Notes: generated by a model from the sequence alone, not told the origin. A DNA stretch of 64,000 nt from Eledone cirrhosa (GCA_964016885.1 OZ024741.1:368218001-368282000), one strand, 5' to 3'. Counted from the first letter of the stretch, positions 52,301 through 63,755 are shown. Program-made: numbers and translations.

Positions 52301-55300
52301 AATTCCTAAACCCAATCTCTAACTACTCCTCTCTCTGATAATGGTGATGTGATAGAAAATGACAACCTCTATTGTGCTGCTGCCATAATCAAATGCACAT
52401 AATACACCGAGGTTGGTGATAGGAAGAACACCTAGCTGTAGAAATCATGCACAAAATGGAACATAAAAGTGAGACATGGTCCTCCTTCTGCCTAGGAGAG
52501 TAGTAAATCCAAATACAGAAATGAATTAGACCACGACAAGCTGTCCTACCCATGCCAGCATGGAAAAGCGGATGACAAACGATGATGATACTCTCTCATT
52601 AAAATGAATATCAAGAATATTTAGTTTGAGACATACAATATAAGCAACTATTACTTATATTTCATTCTATATATATATATTTTTTTTTTTTCATTTTACA
52701 AATAAGAGAGTAATGTAAATAGTTTTTTAAGAAAAATATTTATTGGTTTTAATTAAATAGAATAAACCAAACTATGCAAGCCTATTTAAATATACAGCTA
52801 TACTTACACATGGCTTTGTGTATAGTATACATACATATATAATATCATTATTGTATTCATACATTCAGTGTATAGGACACAGGCAGATTTTGACATCAAA
52901 TTATTGGATAAAAAATTTGGTTAATGAAAACCTGAAATAAGAAATATAAGTTACCTTCACATTGTGGTCGTGGAAGTACTTTCCACCTGGTTTTAATAAC
53001 ATTCTCCAATATTTGTAGAGCATAATATTTAGTTTGTTGATTGCTAGAATATTCTAAGATGGTGTCCACACGAGTCCAAGCATCTGGATGTTCTTTAAGC
53101 GTTGTTAAAACTTCTTGAGCCATACGTTGCTAAAAAATTAAAAGTTACACAAATCACAATTAAATATGATAAAGCATTCAGGAGGCAAAAAGAGGGGACA
53201 CAAAAACTCTTTAATTTCTGAAATGATTTACCCTTTTGATACCTCACCCATTTTAAAGGATTCCTATTTAAATTAAAATTCTTCTATCATTATTTGGCAG
53301 TATCGGTAGAGGGTCGGACGCCATGCTTTCCAGCATAGTTACGTCCCTTTACGATCTGAGTTCAAATCCCGCCGAGGTTAACTTTGCCTTTCATCCTTAC
53401 GGGGTCGATAAAATAAAGTACCAGTAATGCACTGGGTAATTGCTGGCCTTGTGCCAAAAGTAGAAACAATTATTTCAAAGAAGAACTTTTATAAAGCTAT
53501 GTTCAAAATATCATCTTATTGAAATAATAATTTTAGTAAATTTTTAATAATTTAATTGAAATACAGCATATTTCATCTTAAATATGGTCTGAAAAGGGTT
53601 AATACAAAATAATGTAAGTTTGCTAAAATTCATTATATAAAAATTACATACCTAACAGATAGTGCAGTGTCCTGAGACAATGTCTATCCAAATGAGATTC
53701 ATTACAAAAAAAGATAGCAAAGTATATAACATCTACTGAAGATTGTGTAAATATTGAAATTTACAGACACAAGAAACCCATGTAATTGCAGATAACAAAA
53801 CAGAGAATGAAAAAAAAAAAGCTTCAATAAGTACAAAATATTAAAAATATTTTATATATAAATAAGGTTGATAGGAAGGGCATCTGGCTGTAGAAATCAT
53901 GCTAAGAAAGTGTTGAGAAGAGTCTTCAGTCGTGTCATTGGCATCTTTCTGGTGTTGGTGATACAAACACACCCACAGCATAAGCTGTAGAAAACTTGCC
54001 AAACAAAGGGTAGAGAAGACTTTTCAATTACATAAAAGAGATGACAACCTGTCTAGTACTGGAACCATGATAATATGCATGGTGCACTCTATAGAGTGAG
54101 ATCAATGGCTCAAATTGAGTACTGACTTGGTCTGTGATGACCCACCCACGCAACACTTGCTTGCAGGGAAAACACATTAAATGTTGATGATTATATACAT
54201 ATAGTATTACTGACACAATTAAGTTGTTGATAAAAGGAACATTGTCTGTTGTAGAAAACTTGACAAACAAAAGGTTGAGAAGATTCTTCAGTTGTTCTAA
54301 GACAACAACCTCCCTAGTGCTGGTGCCATAATAAAATGCACCCAGTGTACTCTCTGAGTATGGTAACGTATATGCAATCCTCAACCCATCTGAGAGGTCA
54401 GTGGCTTCAATTAAGTATTGATTTGGTTTGCAATGACCTGTCCAACCATGGGTAGTTGATAAAATAGATGTTAAATGATTTGATGATTATATATACACAA
54501 CACACTTAAATTTGTAAATAGATTTACTTGTATATGTTTACCAAGCATATATTTAAGCTCACCATGTAAATAGACCTTATGGATAGAAGTGAGGGATCCC
54601 TGGTGAACTCATCACTAGCTCATGAGGAATGTTTACTTTATTCAATGTATATATAGAGAGAAAGAATGACTTATGTAATAAACAACAGGGACTGCTTTTG
54701 CTCATTTGCAATATCAGTCCATTTTCTTGGTACCACAAGATTATAGGCATAGGCACGAATATGTAGCTAAGTTCACCTTAAAGTGACCAGTTAAATAAGG
54801 TACTTAATAGATTAAATAGAGAGGGTACATAATTTATTTCAGATGGAAATGACTTCTACAGGATTAGCACTGTTTTATTTGAACCAAATGAAACAACGCT
54901 AGTCCTGTAGAAGCCATTTCCATCTAAGATAAATTATATATATGCATAAAAGCCATAATGAAATGCATCCAGTTGTAAAACATTGCCTCAAAACATCCTG
55001 TTCAACTCATGCCAGCATGGAAAAAAAGGAAGTAAAAACAATGATGATGCTGATGTGTGTGTCTGTCTCAGTAAACGTCATATTAACACTGCCAGTTGCT
55101 TATGCCTTCCCATATGTTCTACAGCGCATTGGATCAACAGGTGCTAATAGTATGTACCATACTTTAGAATAAGATGCCAGAAAGGGCATGCAACTTATAG
55201 AAAACCTAGAGATGATGTAATAGTATATTAAATATCAAATGATACATATTATATACAAATATATATTTATTTATACATATTATATATTATATATCATTTA

Positions 55301-58300
55301 CAATTTGCATGTAGGCAGGTCTCTCTGGAAATAGGGTTGGGGTGTGGAGGGTATTATGTGACCACTGACAAAAAAAGTTTGAGTACCTTTGGTTTAATGT
55401 GACATTTCCACCTAATCTAACCACTAGTTAGTCTGTATTTATTTACATCTTTATTCTGCTACAACCCAACATTTTATTCTCCAGGAACAGCTGACGTCTT
55501 AGAATTTTTTAACATGTCTATTAATAAGCACTCTTTCAGATTTATAATATTAACATCACTCAGTACAATTAGTAAAGTGGTTGGCATTAGATAGAGCATC
55601 CAGCTATAGAAACCATGCTGGAATTTTAATGTATATATGTGTGTGATGCAGTCCCTCAACTTGACTCGGAACTCAACAGCCTATCCATTCCATGCCAGAA
55701 TGGAAAGCAAACATAAAATGCTTTTATGATCTATAGTATAATTCTTCTAATAGAGAACAACAGTTTCATTAGTTCCTCATGGATATCTAACATTTTTACC
55801 CCATACACTCAATTATTATGAGCTCACAATAGTTTATATACCATGAATATTGTACAAAACAAATGAAACATGAAATTTCTTAATATTTCTACCAATCTAT
55901 TTCATATCTAAGATGAAAATGGAGGAGTGTGTGCAAAGCATCAGGTTTACAGAAAGAAAATAGTTGTGATATTCATATTTTTCTTTAAATGAATAATAGT
56001 ACCATAGGAAAAGAACTTAATAGCATTGGTTAAACCTTTTGTCATCATATATCTAATTAAATAAACTATTAAAATAGTTTGAATAATGTTAGAATTATCA
56101 AGCTCAGAATAGCCATAAGCGATAGAATGACACCAGTTATCTTCATGTATACACCACAATCAGAGTTAAGTAAAGAACAGAAAACTCTAAGACGATTTCA
56201 ATAACAGATGACAGTGACTACATTATCCTAGCAAACAACTTTAATGGATATATTGGGCAGCACAATGGCTACAATAGAACGCATGCCAGCTATGGTTATG
56301 GCTCAAGAAATGAAGAAGGCTCCTAGAATTCAATGATGCAAATGACCTAACCATTGCAACACTAACTTCAAGAAACTGGCAACCATGAGCTCACCTACCA
56401 TTCCCGTGAGAATGTAGGTCAGATTGACTTCATCATCATCGTTTAACGTCCATCCTCCACGCTAGCATGGGTTAGACAGTTTTGTTCCATTTGATGCAGG
56501 AATGGTCGGGAGACCATGCCTCACTCGCACAGAAGCGTCTCTGGCAGGTTTTTTACAACTGGATGCCCTTCCTAAAACCAACCACATTTACAGTGTGGAC
56601 TGTTGTGTCATCGACACAGTGGACGGAATGGGAGAGGGAGGACAGGGTAGAGGTGTCGAGGTGGGGTGTACATTGGGTTAAGAGATGCCTACTGACTGTA
56701 GGTTTGTATGCAATAGCAGTCGGGTCTTCTGTACAACTGCATGGCGCCAAAGGTCTCAATCCAGTGTCATTGTCTTAGAGAGGTGTAGGTGAGCAAGGTC
56801 AGTTTTTATCACCTCGTCCAAGGTTTTTCTTGGTCTACCCACTCCATAGCTTCCATCAATTTTCATTGCCCTGCACTTTTTTATACAGCTGTCGTCCTTC
56901 ATACGCATCACATGTCCATACCAACGCAGTCTCCTCTCCACAACACAACATTTGATACCTCTTATGCTTAGTCTCCCTCTTAATTCGTTTATGCTTCGCC
57001 TTTCACGCACATTACTATTACACATGCAAGCTTTAGTTCTTTCTAATCTACGCAGGTCTTCAGCACACAATGCACAAGTCTCACTTCCATGTAATATCGT
57101 CATTCGTATACATGCATCATACAATCTGCCTTTCATTTTTAGAAAACAGGATAGACAGATGTTTATGAATACTATGTGTTTTCGCAGAGAAGAATGCACA
57201 CCCAACACAAATTAGTTATTAGTCATAATAGAATAATAATCAGGCACAGAGAACAATCTGAAGAATATAGAAGCTAAAGAACCTCTCTGTTAAATATAGG
57301 TTTGGAAAAGCTCTATGCAACACTTATGATGAGGGGGAGGAGACAGATATGTATAGCATAGAGGAGAACTGGAAGTTTCTACAAGACAACCTACATGAGG
57401 CTACAGATGAAAGGTGACTTGGTGATGGAACAGTACCGTAGATACGGTCATTAAAATTAAAAGACAGGCATGGAAAGACAGATGGCAGCAAAAACTAGAG
57501 AATAAGTTTTCATAGTACGCAGAGAAGCAGAAAATAAGAGATTTGCTAATGTGCTGCAATGTGAGGATCAACAAGCATGAAGTGTTCTGCATTGCAAAGC
57601 TAATGTGTCAATAATGTGAATTGGGATGCCGTTGGGAGAAGTGTGTTCAGAATAACAGATACACTTAGCCTCACTGACGCTCATAAGAAAAAGACTACAG
57701 CTAGTAGACTATTGAAACAGATAGTTATAGCATCAAAGTTATCAGGTAGATGAAAAATGGTAAAACTTTTAGAGATTGTTGCAGATATGCTGAAATCATC
57801 TGGGGAAGTAGGAGTCAAATCAGTCATGTGCAAAATCAACTGGGTAATATACATTGGTATAGCAATATAACCATCAATTGTTATAAAGGAAAAGATGATA
57901 TTCTAAAAAGCAACGAGTAGATTGAGTTACGAAAGTGGCAGAAAGAGGGTTAGCACAACTAATTAGGGAAAGAGTAAAATTATGAGATACAGTTTGGTTT
58001 TGTGCAAGGAAGAAGTATCACAGATGCCCTCTTCTTAGTGAGACAACTACAAAAAGTTCTAGCTAAGTGTAAGCCTCAATACCTAGCTTTTGTAGATGTG
58101 GAAAAGGTCTTTAACAGAGTATCATGATCTGTTATCTGATGGTCCATAAGGGTGTAGATGAGTGGCTCATGAGAGCAGGTAATGAGTTTAGTGGGGAATT
58201 CAATGTGTAGGTGAGTGTTCACCAAGGCTCAGTCCCCACACCCTTACTCCTGTTTATTATAGTTCTCCAGGCCACAACAGAGAAGTTTAAGACTGGATGT

Positions 58301-60797
58301 CCATAGGAACTACTGTATGCTGATGACATGGTTCTTATGCCCTAATCAGTAGAAGAGCTTGAAAAGAAATTCCTATTGTGGAAATAGAACTTAATACTAA
58401 AAGGGTTCAGAGTTGGACCAAAGTAGGAAAGAAGACAAGATTCTGATCCCATCAGGAAAGTGGCCATGCTCAATGTAGGAGTAGGTAGGCACTCTATGAT
58501 ACTCAATGTAAAGTATGGGTACATAGACAGACAAACAGAAAAAATAAACTTTGCATGTGGCAAATGCACAGGAATAATGAGTAGTAAGAGCAGCAGTGAA
58601 ATCAACGCTTTCCAATTTCAGGAAGGTATCATAGAAGTAGTTGATAATTTCTTGTTACTTAGGACACCTAATTAGCAATGGAGGAGGTTGCATTGAAAGC
58701 ATAGTAACTAGAATAAGAACAAGCAGGAAAAAGTTTAGGGAATTACTACCCCTGTTAATAACAAAGGGATTTTCTCTACGAGCGCAGGGTAGATTGTATA
58801 ATGTCTGCACATGATGTACGGTACTGCATGAGTTGAGACATGGGCATTAAATGTAGAGGATATATGGAGATTGGAAAGAAATGAAGCAAGCATGCTCCAT
58901 TGGATGTGCAATGTTAGTGTGCGTAAACAACAGATAAACTTCGAGAAAAGCTGGGTATAACAGAAATCAGATGTGGTGTGCAAGAGAGAAAACTGCTGGT
59001 CTGGACATGTGATGCATAATGATGAGGAACGCTAGGTGAAGAAGCGCCAGGTAATGCCACAGTGGAAGGAAGATAAAAAAAAAAGCTGAGTAGAGGTTAT
59101 CAGAGTTGATCTCAATACGCTGAACCTCACAGAGGAGATGACAAAAGAAGGGAGGCTGTACTGAAAAGGATGTGTCCAACCCATGCAATCATGAAAGAGT
59201 AGATGTAAAATGATGATAGTATTTATCACTTAACAAATTTTGAAAATAACCAAGAATTTGATGACATTTAGTAAAATAACTAACTTTGTCATTATAGAAA
59301 TAAAGGTAGTTACAGGAAAGTTGTTATCGAAAGATTTAATAATGATTTCTGAAAATGACACACAGTCAATCTTTGTATTTAACTGGAACTTGTAGGCTAA
59401 AGGGAACTTTTGTCTAGCACCCTATCGATTCAGCTATTAAGTAATAAATAATAATAATAATATTAATTTCTAACTTAAATGCAAGGCTACAAATTTTGTG
59501 GGGAGGCTGAAGTGAAAAAACAAAAAAAAATCTCTGAACATATTGATTTTATTAACCATGGAAAAGCAATTGATTGTTAAATAAGTATAATTGCTACTGA
59601 ACTCAAGTTGTTTTCATAAACTGATTTGAAAGTTCTCCAAGGTACAAACAAGCCTGAGTAAGGTGTTTTATGGAAGACAAGCAGTCATCCATGTAAAGAA
59701 AAATCAAAGTCCAATATAGCTTAGTGCCAGTGTCATTGCAGGTGGACGACTAATCTCTTGACAGAATGCCAGTCTGTTGCAGCTGAATGCACTGGAACAA
59801 TGTAAGATAAAGTGTCTTGCTCAATATGCCACCTGGTTCAGCAATTAAACTCACCACCAGGCCGAGTACCTTCACTCTATGGAATAAAAGCCTCAATATT
59901 ATACAAATTTGCTATATCTACACATTGTACCTCATTTGTTATATTAACATCTACCAACAGAGTTTTCTGGATAGCAACAGTCATCAGTAATGTCTAAACT
60001 GAAGCAACGTAGATATATTTTGGCTCATGGCCACAAATGTGGAGTGAAGGGTTGGGGAAAAATCAATAACAGAAAATGGCCAGTATTTATTTCAACTTTC
60101 AAGAAATGAAATGTAACCTAGGATTTGAACTCAATGTAAATGAATGTATCTAAATACTGCAAGACATTTACTCTTATTATAGTTGACACAGTCACCTTTA
60201 CCCTTTTGATAACCAAATTGGCCCTGAATTTATGATACAAAACTTTGTTTTAAACCTTTTGATACCAACCTGAAAAAATAGGCTGTTTTTATGAAACAAA
60301 AAACAAACACCCATTTTAAAGAGTTCCTATTGAATTTAAATTTTCCAACAATTTTATAAAAGAACACTATTATTTTAGTAACAAAATAATTAATTTTGGT
60401 AAATCCTTCAAAATTCTTCGTTAATTAATTAGAAATACGACCATGAAAGGTATTTATATTTATCTGAAAAATCTTTTATCATATTTCTATGCTAAATAGC
60501 ATTTTAAACTCCAACTTCATAATGGAGAAATTAGTTATTACATCCCTCGAAATAGATTGTCTTTCAAAATTATTTATAACACATAGACAATGTATTTTAT
60601 TAAAAATATGGTAACAAAAGTGTTAAATTGAAGCAATAGTTCAAGATAAAAACACTAACCTGTGGCCCCTCTCCAGTGTACATACATGCTACTATATTAT
60701 CCAAAAGGTTGATGTCAAGTTTCTGATTAAAGTCTAAAAGTTTAGCAGCTTCTTCTGCTAAGTTGTTCATTATGATAGGTGGCATTTTGTCACTCAT
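20790..60797 (-). CDS. XPO1: Exportin-1 / CRM1, 25 coding exons, 3231 nt, 1076 aa from first ATG
   Basis: All exons translate to sequence strongly matching CRM1 ([60 protein letters not shown]). All introns are GT-AG with consistent phase. Confidence 0.98.
21397..21493 (-). CDS. XPO1: XPO1 coding exon 24 (PQIKVFI...VQIR)
   Basis: Translation and AG/GT boundaries. Confidence 0.95.
22210..22372 (-). CDS. XPO1: XPO1 coding exon 23 (GLTMHAT...PHLN)
   Basis: Translation and AG/GT boundaries. Confidence 0.96.
22546..22773 (-). CDS. XPO1: XPO1 coding exon 22 (ALLDIPP...SHTA)
   Basis: Translation and AG/GT boundaries. Confidence 0.96.
22973..23220 (-). mobile_element. CR1/L2-type LINE 3' end with (TTA)n tail
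   Basis: Minus frame [19 protein letters not shown] matches the RVxxxWNxLP C-terminal motif and is followed by a trinucleotide tail. Confidence 0.75.
23783..23858 (-). CDS. XPO1: XPO1 coding exon 21 (DFEEFPEHR...HCFQ)
   Basis: Translation and AG/GT boundaries. Confidence 0.95.
24739..24810 (-). CDS. XPO1: XPO1 coding exon 20 ([24 protein letters not shown])
   Basis: Translation and AG/GT boundaries. Confidence 0.95.
25803..26130 (-). mobile_element. Two tandem tRNA-derived SINE copies
   Basis: Two consecutive matches to the SINE consensus, with AGTATTAAA(T/C)AATAAT duplicated at the junctions. Confidence 0.8.
26178..26300 (-). CDS. XPO1: XPO1 coding exon 19 (VAANFIP...NNLT)
   Basis: Translation and AG/GT boundaries. 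Confidence 0.96.
26697..26882 (-). CDS. XPO1: XPO1 coding exon 18 (LGRIYLD...DPYL)
   Basis: Translation and AG/GT boundaries. Confidence 0.96.
27718..27822 (-). CDS. XPO1: XPO1 coding exon 17 (NVEVLKD...YVLQ)
   Basis: Translation and AG/GT boundaries. Confidence 0.95.
28216..28350 (-). CDS. XPO1: XPO1 coding exon 16 (VHTFYEA...QATQ)
   Basis: Translation and AG/GT boundaries. Confidence 0.96.
28635..28677 (-). ncRNA. Minimal type-I hammerhead ribozyme motif (XPO1 sense strand)
   Basis: GUCA-CUGAUGA-GGUCACA(GAAUG)UGUGAC-GAAA-GAAC-UU-UGAC. Confidence 0.68.
28828..28870 (+). ncRNA. Minimal type-I hammerhead ribozyme motif
   Basis: GUCA-CUGAUGA-GAUCACA(GAAUG)UGUGGC-GAAA-GAAC-UU-UGAC: core, helix I GUCA/UGAC, helix II, and a very short helix III. 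Confidence 0.65.
29748..29911 (-). CDS. XPO1: XPO1 coding exon 15 (ETHDGVQ...QPQQ)
   Basis: Translation and AG/GT boundaries. Confidence 0.97.
30613..30769 (-). CDS. XPO1: XPO1 coding exon 14 (DLLGLCEQK...EFMH; NES groove, leptomycin-B-reactive Cys retained)
   Basis: Translation and AG/GT boundaries; Cys codon at 30752-30754. Confidence 0.97.
31457..31534 (-). CDS. XPO1: XPO1 coding exon 13 ([26 protein letters not shown])
   Basis: Translation and AG/GT boundaries. Confidence 0.96.
31595..33460 (-). mobile_element. 5'-truncated RTE LINE (copy B) with uninterrupted 464-aa RT ORF (31993-33387)
   Basis: RT motifs [29 protein letters not shown]; C-terminal RLRWYGHV...GRPRKTW; (GAT)n tail. Confidence 0.95.
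33583..33835. mobile_element. piggyBac-like non-autonomous MITE, representing an abundant AT-rich family
   Basis: TTAA|CCCTTT...AAAGGG|TTAA termini. Related copies near 5230-5565, 15700, 16030-16633, 23270-23493, 26340-26572, 38600-38808, 53230-53602 and 60200-60626. Confidence 0.7.
34091..34194 (-). CDS. XPO1: XPO1 coding exon 12 (VYLTHLD...NLNT)
   Basis: Translation and AG/GT boundaries. Confidence 0.96.
35235..35373 (-). CDS. XPO1: XPO1 coding exon 11 ([15 protein letters not shown]...RETL; HEAT9 acidic loop)
   Basis: Translation and AG/GT boundaries. Confidence 0.97.
36429..36626 (-). CDS. XPO1: XPO1 coding exon 10 (AHHYLIR...VLSR)
   Basis: Translation and AG/GT boundaries. Confidence 0.96.
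37115..37273 (-). CDS. XPO1: XPO1 coding exon 9 (MLPLDTV...LLIQ)
   Basis: Translation and AG/GT boundaries. Confidence 0.96.
37980..38053 (-). CDS. XPO1: XPO1 coding exon 8 (AAVQVSQY...QLKQ)
   Basis: Translation and AG/GT boundaries. Confidence 0.93.
38414..38468 (-). CDS. XPO1: XPO1 coding exon 7 ([18 protein letters not shown])
   Basis: Translation and AG/GT boundaries. Confidence 0.95.
39113..39235. repeat. Tandem duplication of about 60 bp
   Basis: AATCAGCTA...TAGCCAGGGATGTTTGTGTGCATGTATCATCA occurs twice. Confidence 0.85.
39252..40695 (+). mobile_element. Non-autonomous Helitron
   Basis: A|TCTATCTATATATATAAAA 5' end; subterminal hairpin CCCG-TGCAACGC-CGGG followed by CTAG|T 3' end; no TSD. 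Confidence 0.85.
41048..41167 (-). CDS. XPO1: XPO1 coding exon 6 (DNSQNAP...LICK)
   Basis: Translation and AG/GT boundaries. Confidence 0.95.
41726..41840 (-). CDS. XPO1: XPO1 coding exon 5 (SEEVFDF...QFVM)
   Basis: Translation and AG/GT boundaries. Confidence 0.95.
42468..42583 (-). CDS. XPO1: XPO1 coding exon 4 (ILKYEWP...LKLL)
   Basis: Translation and AG/GT boundaries. Confidence 0.95.
43880..43986 (-). CDS. XPO1: XPO1 coding exon 3 (GIKKYIV...ILVQ)
   Basis: Translation and AG/GT boundaries. Confidence 0.96.
44740..45272 (-). mobile_element. Mariner transposon remnant
   Basis: TA-TGAGGTTTGTCCCAAAAGTAAGG TIR-like end and decayed transposase N-terminus ([17 protein letters not shown]). 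Confidence 0.7.
45852..46021 (-). mobile_element. tRNA-derived SINE with TSD
   Basis: SINE consensus flanked by ATGTAAAATAAT at 45840 and 46022. Confidence 0.85.
48318..50722 (-). mobile_element. Probable non-autonomous Helitron interrupted by RTE copy C
   Basis: Minus-strand 3' end ...AAAGCTGGGTACCTCAGCTAG|T; 5' end TATATAATATAAAAGAAAGATG followed by TTGG-type repeats. Confidence 0.6.
48742..50509 (-). mobile_element. 5'-truncated RTE LINE (copy C) with premature stop
   Basis: Highly similar to copy B; TSD AAGGATC at 48738-48744 and 50509-50515; (GAT)n tail. Confidence 0.95.
52955..53129 (-). CDS. XPO1: XPO1 coding exon 2 (QRMAQEV...PQCE)
   Basis: Translation and AG/GT boundaries. Confidence 0.96.
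53295..53473 (+). mobile_element. tRNA-derived SINE inserted in a TTAA MITE
   Basis: A-box-like TGGCAGTATCGG, B-box GAGTTCAAATCC, central GCCTTTCATCCTTACGGGGTCGATAAAATAAAGTACCAG resembling Nin/Deu-type SINE cores. Confidence 0.85.
54829..54937. repeat. Imperfect 109-nt inverted repeat (hairpin)
   Basis: AGATGGAAATGACTTCTACAGGA pairs with TCCTGTAGAAGCCATTTCCATCT; 3-nt loop. Confidence 0.9.
56431..57141 (-). mobile_element. 3' fragment of RTE LINE (copy D)
   Basis: [13 protein letters not shown]...[10 protein letters not shown], 3'UTR and (GAT)n tail. Confidence 0.9.
57141..59217 (+). mobile_element. Older, heavily decayed RTE LINE (copy E), same superfamily
   Basis: Decayed QFGF, LAFVD, HQGS, LYADD and PHD remnants; 3' end CCAACCCATGC...AAATGATGAT. 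Confidence 0.85.
60660..60797 (-). CDS. XPO1: XPO1 coding exon 1 (MSDKMPPII...GEGPQ)
   Basis: Acceptor at 60811-60812 implies a further upstream non-coding exon; GTTAGT donor. The second ATG (MPPII) aligns with the vertebrate start. Confidence 0.93.
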
Positions 60798-63154
60798 TCA
60801 TCAGCAGAGCCTAAAAAGAAATTAGAAAAATTAAAAATAAGTATTATAAACAACAATATTTAAAACTTAACTATTTCCTTAAACAAATTGATATTAATTA
60901 CACAACTGAAAACAGGAACAGCTAAACCAGAAATTAATAAAACCATTTTAAACATAACTGGAATTCATTTCTAAACATTTTATAAACTGTTAATTTAGTT
61001 AAAATCTGCCCAAAGCCCAGAGACCTATCTTAGTGTCATTGACATTAAATGACAGAGCACAAACTCCACACTGGACAGGACACCAGTCAATTGCAGAGCT
61101 GAACTCCAACTGCTGGTGGTGGTACTCATTTTTTTCAGTTGAGTGAAATATGAAATAAAATGTCTTGCACAAAGACACATGCTGCCCAGTCTGAGAATCA
61201 AATCCACAAACTTACAATTGTAAGTCCAACCACCAGGTCACATGACTTTACCCTTTTAGAAACTGGAATAATTTACAATATTTCAATAGCAAGGTTGTAG
61301 AATGAAAAAATACAGTGAAATGTGAAAAGTAACCACAACAGAGATATTACCAAGTTTTTGCTGGTCTAAGAAATAAGGGAAGATCTGAAAACACTGGATG
61401 AGATATAAAATTTACTAATGCCACCATCACCACTACCACACCGCCACCATAAACACTGCTATACCACTATCATAACTCTATTCCAAATTCAATATATATC
61501 TGGTTAAATACAATTAATATTTTATCGATCAATTGTGCTATTAATAATATGGAATATTTTACCAATAAACTAAATTTGACATCAACTTTCCAAACATTTT
61601 CTAATAATCAAAATGTTTATGGAAAGGGTAGTCACACTTCAGAGTTGCTTCCTTAATGAGAGGGTTGGTTGAATAATTTACATATGTATTGTTAAAATAA
61701 ATGATAACCTCTCAAACTGAGGTGGCGGGAGTGAAGTTGAAGTAATCAACTTTAGGTTTTAGTTCAAATTCTGCTGAGCACCAGTGTAACTGAAGCATAT
61801 TTTTAAGGATATTGGCAACTAAGGATACATGTATCATTAGTTTCATATATTGTCAAAAGCATTACCTAAAATTTGGTGTATTAGATTGGTTGACATCATG
61901 TTTACAGCTGAATTTTAACAATGTGGCAACAAAACAAAAGGTAACGCTGATATAGGCATGCATAGAATAGTCGAATAGGATATCATTTTAGGCCCATTTT
62001 CTAAACTGGCATGGCTTGGGCAGGTAGTCATGGTTAAAGACTAGACTGGACTGGACATATATTCAATATTTGGCTTGGTTTCTACAGCTGGACACTCTTC
62101 TTAAAGTGCATTTTATTGCCTCACCAGCACTAGAGAGGTTGCCATGTACTCAGAAAGACTGAAGAGACTTTCCTACCCAATATTATCTCCGTTTGATCTC
62201 CCACTGCTTTACAGTGTACTATGTACATTTTATCATGGCACCAGCAATAAAATGAATTTTTGTTGTTTCCAAAATCGAAAGTTTTTTCTTTGCTCATTGC
62301 CATTTTGAGTATTGCGTGTATGGGAGGGACGCATTTGGCTCTACGAAATTCTGAACAATGATGTCATGAGTGCATCAACATGATTGAGATTAACTGTTCA
62401 ATCGACAACCATCAGATACGATCCGTCTTCCTGACATTCACTTTCATTTCATTGTCAATTTTGATTTCTTTTCAGTCCTATTTCATCCGACTCATCTATA
62501 TTACCAATGGTAATGTAACAGACAGCAAAATGTTGAAGAATGTAAATAAAACAATGAAGTCTTCAATAATTTGCTGTTTGTTAAATTAAGACATTGCTGT
62601 TAAAATTACTCTGCTATATAATAAATTTCGTAGCTGTCTACTGAATGATTAGATTACATTATAGCGGGAAAATAATATGTATTAGCCTGAAGACAAACAA
62701 GCATAATTATAACTTACTAACACGTACATCATGGGTTGAACGTCAATTCTAGAAGAAAAAATAAAAACAATCTAAGAAGCTTTGTTTTATATCCTTGACC
62801 AATGCCTTGACGGAAACTGCAGGAGTCCGTCATGTATATATATATTAATATATATATATGTGTGTGTGTGTGTCTGTTTACTTAAAGGTTCGATAAAATA
62901 AGTACGAGACTTGAAAAACAAATACTGCGATTACTTTCAGCGATGAAATCCCTTTAAAGCGATCGCTCCAGCATGGCCGCAGACTGAAACCAGCAATAGA
63001 ATCGTTATTAACCGCTAGCTTGCAAAAGCTGAAGAAAACTTAATAAGTCACTCTTATCCGTAAAATATGCAAACACGAGGAAATGTGTGAGAAAAAGTGG
63101 ATTTATTTTGTGATCAACTATTATAAAGCTTTACAACCGAGTTGCCGTTCAGTA

Positions 63155-63170
63155 GGCGCCAAATTTTGAA
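63155..63170. promoter_or_regulatory. E2F/CDE site + CHR-like element in the presumed XPO1 promoter region
   Basis: GGCGCC-AAAT-TTTGAA in a locally CpG-richer stretch about 2.3 kb upstream of the first coding exon. Confidence 0.45.
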
Positions 63171-63335
63171 AGAAAACGAGAAGAGGGAAAAAAATAAGTG
63201 AAAGAGACAGAGGCGGGAGGGGAGACCAGTGGTTGTTTAGGAATACCAGCATCGACGCTGTACGAGGAAGCGAGTAATGATAACTTATAATTGTTTTATT
63301 GGCAAATTAAAAAGTATCATATTTTCTAAAGATCG

Positions 63336-63336
<1 letters not shown>

Positions 63337-63374
<38 letters not shown>

Positions 63375-63502
63375 CATATATGTATACATACATACATATA
63401 TATATATACATATATGTATACATACATACATATATATATATACATACATATATATATATATACATACATATATATATATATATACATACATATATATACA
63501 TA

Positions 63503-63557
<55 letters not shown>

Positions 63558-63714
63558 ATATACATACATACATATATATACATATATACATACATATATA
63601 TATATACATACATATATATATATACATATATATATATACATATATATATACATACATATACATATATATATATACATACATATATATACATATATATATA
63701 CATACATATACATA

Positions 63715-63755
<41 letters not shown>

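Noticed and set aside
53295-53375. Possible tRNA gene (A and B boxes)
   Set aside because: No complete cloverleaf; it is the head of a multi-copy SINE with TSDs.
61805-61829. Two U12-donor-like words on the minus strand (ATATCCTT, GTATCCTT) upstream of XPO1 coding exon 1
   Set aside because: There is no U12 branch site before the acceptor at 60811, so these are likely chance matches.
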